Assembly (NCBI GenBank): GCA_019240635.1
Contig: JAFAYA010000103.1
Location: 10,021-74,020, forward strand
Reading direction: 5' to 3'
Length of the DNA stretch: 64,000 nucleotides
Source: Acidisphaera sp.
Lineage (GTDB): Bacteria > Pseudomonadota > Alphaproteobacteria > Acetobacterales > Acetobacteraceae
Program-made: the position numbers and the translations under genes
Notes under the pieces: model-generated
What the model was told of the DNA's origin: nothing
What the model saw: the letters and a program-made list of their open reading frames with translations, nothing else
The model's database searches: none
Shown: positions 59,886 to 64,000 of the stretch, one piece after another
How the letters are laid out: every line of letters begins with the position of its first letter
Position numbering within the stretch: the first letter of the stretch is position 1

Positions 59886-60454
59886 TCCCGCACCATCTGG
59901 CGATCGAACTCACGGATTTCGGCAATGTTGCGGTGGCCGGGCCGATGGCGGCAGTGATGGCGGCCTGGCTGTGGTTCACCGGCCAGCGGGTGCTGGCGGG
60001 CATCCTCGCCCTCAACATGGGCTGCGCCGTCGCCGCGACCGTGGTGCTGAAGGAGGTGTCGCGCACGCTCGGCGGCGAGTTCTACGGCACGCCGCTGCAG
60101 CTCTCCACCGGCGCGCCGAGCGGCCACGCGGTGATGAGCATGGTGACCTACGGTGCGCTCGGCGTGCTGTTCGCGGTCGGCAGCCGCGGCTCACTGCGGG
60201 TGCTCGCGGTGGCGCTGGCCGGTCTGCTGATCGTCGGCGTCGCGGTGACGCGGGTGACCCTGCACGCGCACACGCCGGCGGACGTAGCGACCGGCCTGAT
60301 CCTCGGCGGCGCGTTCACCGCGCTCACCGCGGTGGCCGCGCGTCACACGCGCGGCGCCTGGCCGGCGATGACGCCGCTGCTGATCGGTGTCGCCGTCGTG
60401 GCGCTGGCGATGCAGGTCTCCGGCCTGCGCCTGACCAGCGCCGACTTCATGTGA
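59882..60454 (+). CDS. PAP2-superfamily membrane phosphatase
   Basis: PSGH and TRVTLHAHTPADV (SRxxxxxHxxxD-type) acid-phosphatase motifs. 5-6 TM segments. GTGA overlap with hddA. Confidence 0.7.
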   Translation: MIPHHLAIELTDFGNVAVAGPMAAVMAAWLWFTGQRVLAGILALNMGCAVAATVVLKEVSRTLGGEFYGTPLQLSTGAPSGHAVMSMVTYGALGVLFAVGSRGSLRVLAVALAGLLIVGVAVTRVTLHAHTPADVATGLILGGAFTALTAVAARHTRGAWPAMTPLLIGVAVVALAMQVSGLRLTSADFM

Positions 60455-60495
60455 GGCGGCGCCGAACACGAAGCCCCAGGACAATCGCCGCGCCG

Positions 60496-61695
60496 CTATC
60501 TGCCCAGCCCGATCGCCCCTTCGCGCGCCAGCTCCGCCAGCTCCGCCTCGGCGTAGCCTGCCTCGGTCAGCACCTCGCGCGTGTGCGCGCCCGCCTCCGG
60601 CGGCTGACGGCGCAGCGGGAGCGGCGCGTCACCGAGGCGCAGCGGCAGGCCGGGCAGGCGCGCGCGGACGGACGGCGACAGCGCGACATCGAGCAGCGCG
60701 CCGGCGGCCAGCAGGTGCGGATCGTCGAACAGGTCGGCGGGCTGCGCCACCGGCGCGCAGGGGATGCGCGCCCGCCGGCAACGCGCGATGATCTCCGCCG
60801 AGGGCAGCGGCGCCAGCAGCGCGGCGAGCGCGGGGACCACACGTGCCCGCTCGCGGAACAGCCCCTCATAGGTCGCGAGCGCCGGATCGTCGCGCAGCGC
60901 GCCGACATCGAAGGCCGCGCAGAAGCGCTGCCAGTGCGCCGCGCTGGTGACCCCGACGAAGACCGGCGCGTCGGCGGTGGCGAACACGTCGTACACCGGC
61001 CAGGACGACACCCGCGCCGGCATTGGCGGCGGCGGCGCGCCGGTGAGCGCCGCCGCCGCCATGTGCTGGCTGACCAGGAACGCCGTCGCCTCGAACAGCG
61101 CGCTGTGCACGATGCCGCCGCGGCCGGTGCGGTCGCGCTCGCGCAGCGCCGCGAGGATCCCGACGACCCCGAACACGCCGCCGAAAATGTCGATCACCGA
61201 GGCGCCGGCGCGCAGCGGCCGGCCGGGCGGGCCGGTCATGTAGGCGAGCCCCGCCTGCATCTGCACGACCTCATCGAGCGCCGGCAGGTCCTCGTACGGG
61301 CCGGGCAGGTAGCCCTTCAGCGCGCAGTAGACGAGGCGCGGGTTGAGCTTTTCCGCGCTCTCCCAGTCCAGGCCGAGCCGCTGCATGGTGCCCGGCCCGA
61401 AATTCTCCACCAGCACGTCCGCTCGGGCGAGCAGGCGCCGCGCCGCCGCGAGGCCGGCGGGATGCTTCAGGTCCAGCGCCACGCTGCGCTTGTTGCGGTT
61501 GAAGGCGCCGAAGAAGCCGATGCCAAAGCCCTGCAGGCGCCGCGTGCGCTCGCCCTCCGGCGGCTCGATGCGCAGCACGTCGGCGCCGAGATCGGCCAGC
61601 ACCAGACCGCAGCTCGGCCCCATGACGGTGTGGCCGAAATCGAGCACGCGCAGCCCGCTGAGCGGGAGCGCGGCGTCGTCCTCTGGTCGGTCCAA
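60496..61695 (-). CDS. Family III CoA-transferase (CaiB/BaiF)
   Basis: GLRVLDFGHTVMGPSCGLVLADLGADV N-terminus and VENFGPG. Confidence 0.85.
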   Translation of the reverse strand: MDRPEDDAALPLSGLRVLDFGHTVMGPSCGLVLADLGADVLRIEPPEGERTRRLQGFGIGFFGAFNRNKRSVALDLKHPAGLAAARRLLARADVLVENFGPGTMQRLGLDWESAEKLNPRLVYCALKGYLPGPYEDLPALDEVVQMQAGLAYMTGPPGRPLRAGASVIDIFGGVFGVVGILAALRERDRTGRGGIVHSALFEATAFLVSQHMAAAALTGAPPPPMPARVSSWPVYDVFATADAPVFVGVTSAAHWQRFCAAFDVGALRDDPALATYEGLFRERARVVPALAALLAPLPSAEIIARCRRARIPCAPVAQPADLFDDPHLLAAGALLDVALSPSVRARLPGLPLRLGDAPLPLRRQPPEAGAHTREVLTEAGYAEAELAELAREGAIGLGR

Positions 61696-61815
61696 GACGG
61701 CCCTCCTGGGGCAGGATGGAAAGCCGGCCCGGCCCGGTCAATCCCGGCGGGCCGGCGAACCATAGGCGGGGCAAAGCGTTACGCCGGCGTCATCAACGCA
61801 CACGAACGCACAGCC

Positions 61816-62478
61816 ATGCTCAGACTGCTTCGCCTGGCGGCGCTGGCCGCGATCCTCGCCGCGAGTGCCGCGATGCCGCGCGCCCAAGCACAGGGGGCGG
61901 ACGCCCAGCAACTGGTCAACGACGCCGCCGGCACGGTGCGGCAGATGCGCGCCGCGCCGGAGGTCCGCCGCTCCGGCGTGCTGCGCCGGGCACGCGCGAT
62001 CATGGTCTTTCCCAACCTGATCCGCGCCGGCTTCCTGGTGGGCGGCGAGGGCGGCCAGGGCGTGCTGCTGGCGCATGCCGGCCGCGGCTGGAGCGATCCC
62101 GCCTTCTATGCGCTGGGCTCGCTCAGCGTCGGCGCGCAGGCCGGCGTGCAGGACGCCTCCGTCGTGCTGTTCATCATGACGCAGCGGGCGCTCAACTCCT
62201 TTCTGAACAACAACACTTTTACGCTGAAGGCGCAGGCCGACTTTGCGGTAGTGACGATCTCGCAGGCCTCGGAGGCGCAGCTGCACAACGCCGATGTCGT
62301 GGTCTGGACCCAGGCGGCCGGGCTGTATGCCGGGCTGACCGTGGACGGCACCGACATCAAGCAGCGGCTGGAATACGACCAGGCCTATTACCGCCGGCCG
62401 GTCAGTGCCGCGCAGATCATCTATGGGCGCGCCTACAACCGTGGCGCCGGCGTCATCCGCGGCTCGCTCGGCGGATAG
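61816..62478 (+). CDS. Secreted SYLF (Ysc84/DUF500) lipid-binding domain protein
   Basis: Signal peptide, then AGFLVGGEGGQGVLL....WSDPAFY..GSLSVGAQAG, which is typical of the SYLF domain. Confidence 0.7.
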   Translation: MLRLLRLAALAAILAASAAMPRAQAQGADAQQLVNDAAGTVRQMRAAPEVRRSGVLRRARAIMVFPNLIRAGFLVGGEGGQGVLLAHAGRGWSDPAFYALGSLSVGAQAGVQDASVVLFIMTQRALNSFLNNNTFTLKAQADFAVVTISQASEAQLHNADVVVWTQAAGLYAGLTVDGTDIKQRLEYDQAYYRRPVSAAQIIYGRAYNRGAGVIRGSLGG

Positions 62479-62487
62479 CCGGGTGAT

Positions 62488-62537
62488 GGGGCTGGGGCAT
62501 TGCCCTAGCGGGGTCCAGGGGCAGCGCCCCTGGCGTT
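62488..62537. repeat. Palindromic intergenic repeat, copy C
   Basis: gctggggcattgccctagcggggtccaggggcagcgcccctggc, between two convergent stop codons. Confidence 0.8.
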
Positions 62538-62544
62538 GCCCATT

Positions 62545-63678
62545 CTAGCGCTCGGCAAAGCGGGCGAGCGCTGCGCGGTCCACCTCGACGCCGAGCCCGG
62601 GTCCGTCGGGCACGCGGACCACGCCCGCCGCGTGCTCGATCGGCCGCATCAGCAGCGCCTGGCGGATCGGATGCTCGGTGCGGTCGAATTCCAGCATCGG
62701 CTCGAGCGGCGCGAGCGAGGGCGGAGTGTGCGAGGGCAGCACCGCCAGCAATTGCAGTGAGGCGGCGATCGCGATGCCGGTGCCCCAGACATGCGGGTTG
62801 TATCGGACGCCGTACGCGGCGGCCATGTCGGCGATCTTCTTGCATTCGCTCAGTCCGCCGGCGGCGCAGGTATCGGGCTGCACGATATCGAGCAGGCGCT
62901 GCTCGAGCAGCGCGCGGAAGCCGAAGCGGGTGAACTCGCACTCGCCGCCGGCGATGGGTATCGCCAGCGCCGCCTTCACCGCGCGATGGCCGGAAACATC
63001 CTCGGGCGGCACCGGCTCCTCGAACCAGCCGATGTCCAGCTCCTCGATCATCCGGCCGAGCCGGATCGCCGCCACTGCGTCGTAGGCGTGGTTGGCATCG
63101 ACCATCAGCCCCACTTCGGGCCCAATCGCCTGACGCACGGCGCGCGCCATGCGCGCATCCTGCTCGACGCCGAACCCCACCTTCAGCTTGACCGCGCCGA
63201 ACCCTTCGGCGACGTAGCCGGCCGCCTCCCCGGCGAGATAGCCGGCGGGATCGCCGGCACGCCGGCGGTACAGGCCGGTCGCATAGGCGCGCACTTCCGT
63301 GCGCAGCGGCCCGCCCATCAGCCGGCAGGCGGGCACGCCGAAGTGCTTGCCCTTGATGTCCCAGAGGGCAATGTCGATGCCGCTCAGCGCCTCGACCACC
63401 ACGCCCTTCTGGCCGTGATCGCGCAGCCTTGCATAGACCTCCTGCCAGACCCACTCGGTCGCCAGCGGATCGGCGCCGATCAGCCAGGGCGCGACGGCCT
63501 GCACGACGGCGGCCGTCATCGGCGCGGGGCCGTAGGATTCGCCCCAGCCGACCAGGCCGGTATCGGTCTCGACCTCCACCACCATCGCCATGCGCGTGTC
63601 GTACCAGGCGCGCGAATAGGCGAACGGCTGCGACAGCGCGGCCGACAGGATATGCGCGCGAATGCCGGTGATCTTCAT
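62545..63678 (-). CDS. Enolase-superfamily enzyme (mandelate racemase/muconate lactonizing family; sugar-acid dehydratase-like)
   Basis: MKITGIR......P, GWGE, ALWDIKGK, metal-ligand blocks (VDAN, EEP, GE), and the C-terminal HVWGTG. Confidence 0.85.
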   Translation of the reverse strand: MKITGIRAHILSAALSQPFAYSRAWYDTRMAMVVEVETDTGLVGWGESYGPAPMTAAVVQAVAPWLIGADPLATEWVWQEVYARLRDHGQKGVVVEALSGIDIALWDIKGKHFGVPACRLMGGPLRTEVRAYATGLYRRRAGDPAGYLAGEAAGYVAEGFGAVKLKVGFGVEQDARMARAVRQAIGPEVGLMVDANHAYDAVAAIRLGRMIEELDIGWFEEPVPPEDVSGHRAVKAALAIPIAGGECEFTRFGFRALLEQRLLDIVQPDTCAAGGLSECKKIADMAAAYGVRYNPHVWGTGIAIAASLQLLAVLPSHTPPSLAPLEPMLEFDRTEHPIRQALLMRPIEHAAGVVRVPDGPGLGVEVDRAALARFAER

Positions 63679-63689
63679 GGCGCCGCGCG

Positions 63690-64000
63690 TCAACCCCCGG
63701 GTGCGCCCTGGGCGTGCACGTAGAGCGCGTAGAGGGACTGGCTCGCCGCCATGAACAGCCGGTTGCGGTGGCGGCCGCCAAAGCAGAGATTGGCGCAGCG
63801 CTCCGGCAGCGCGATGCGGCCGATCGGCTCGCCGTCCGGCGAGAACACCATCACCCCGTCGCGATCCGGCGTCATGCCCCAGCCGCACCACAGGTTGCCG
63901 TCGGTATCGCAGCGCAGCCCGTCCGGCGTGCTGCCGGTGGCGTCGATCAGCATCCGCCCGTTCGCCGCCCGTTCGCCCTGCACCTCGAAGACGTAGATCG
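63690..64000 (-). CDS. SMP-30/gluconolactonase/LRE-family protein, C-terminal part (5' end outside window)
   Basis: PDGLRCDTDGNLW and NLCFGG......LF beta-propeller lactonase motifs. The frame is open to the window edge. Confidence 0.75.
   Translation of the reverse strand, partial: IYVFEVQGERAANGRMLIDATGSTPDGLRCDTDGNLWCGWGMTPDRDGVMVFSPDGEPIGRIALPERCANLCFGGRHRNRLFMAASQSLYALYVHAQGAPGG

Overview
This is a high-GC chromosomal segment. A typical 60-nt line such as 38161-38220 has 43 of 60 G/C. Gene content and order suggest an alphaproteobacterium, possibly Rhodospirillales/Acetobacteraceae-like, but that is inference only. I support about 60 protein genes, one tRNA and one SRP RNA. Every function call comes from motifs read by eye in the supplied ORF translations. 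No database or HMM search was possible, and start codons were chosen from overlaps or RBS context, so many are uncertain.

Core genes:
- putA, a giant NAD-glutamate dehydrogenase, coaA, uvrC, folB, uvrB
- ybaB-dnaX-ffs, nudC, lipB, maeB, galU plus a PMM/PGM gene
- a NitT/TauT-type ABC importer, a sugar-type ABC importer and livFGMH

Regions worth a second look:
1. A tightly overlapping ACP - KS - type III PKS - methyltransferase - flavoprotein operon (17224-21641, minus strand) with a convergent adenylate-forming ligase. It is predicted to make a tailored phenolic lipid.
2. A low-GC insertion directly downstream of tRNA-Leu(GAG). It carries a DUF262/DUF1524 (GmrSD-like) defence gene that is split at a T5 run, decayed extra copies of the 5' ends of the neighbouring methyltransferase and maeB genes, and a PIN toxin-antitoxin pair.
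3. A B12-binding radical SAM enzyme paired with a short core-MetE-like Zn methyltransferase, downstream of lrp-yqhA.
4. A GDP-heptose operon (transaldolase, hddC, gmhB, gmhA, hddA, PAP2) with no glycosyltransferase nearby.
5. An orphan protein at the head of a folB operon, whose coding signal extends upstream of any canonical start codon.
6. A palindromic REP/MITE-like repeat at three intergenic sites.
7. A 12-nt x3 tandem repeat abutting the predicted ffs promoter.

I found no rRNA, CRISPR array, transposase or integrase.
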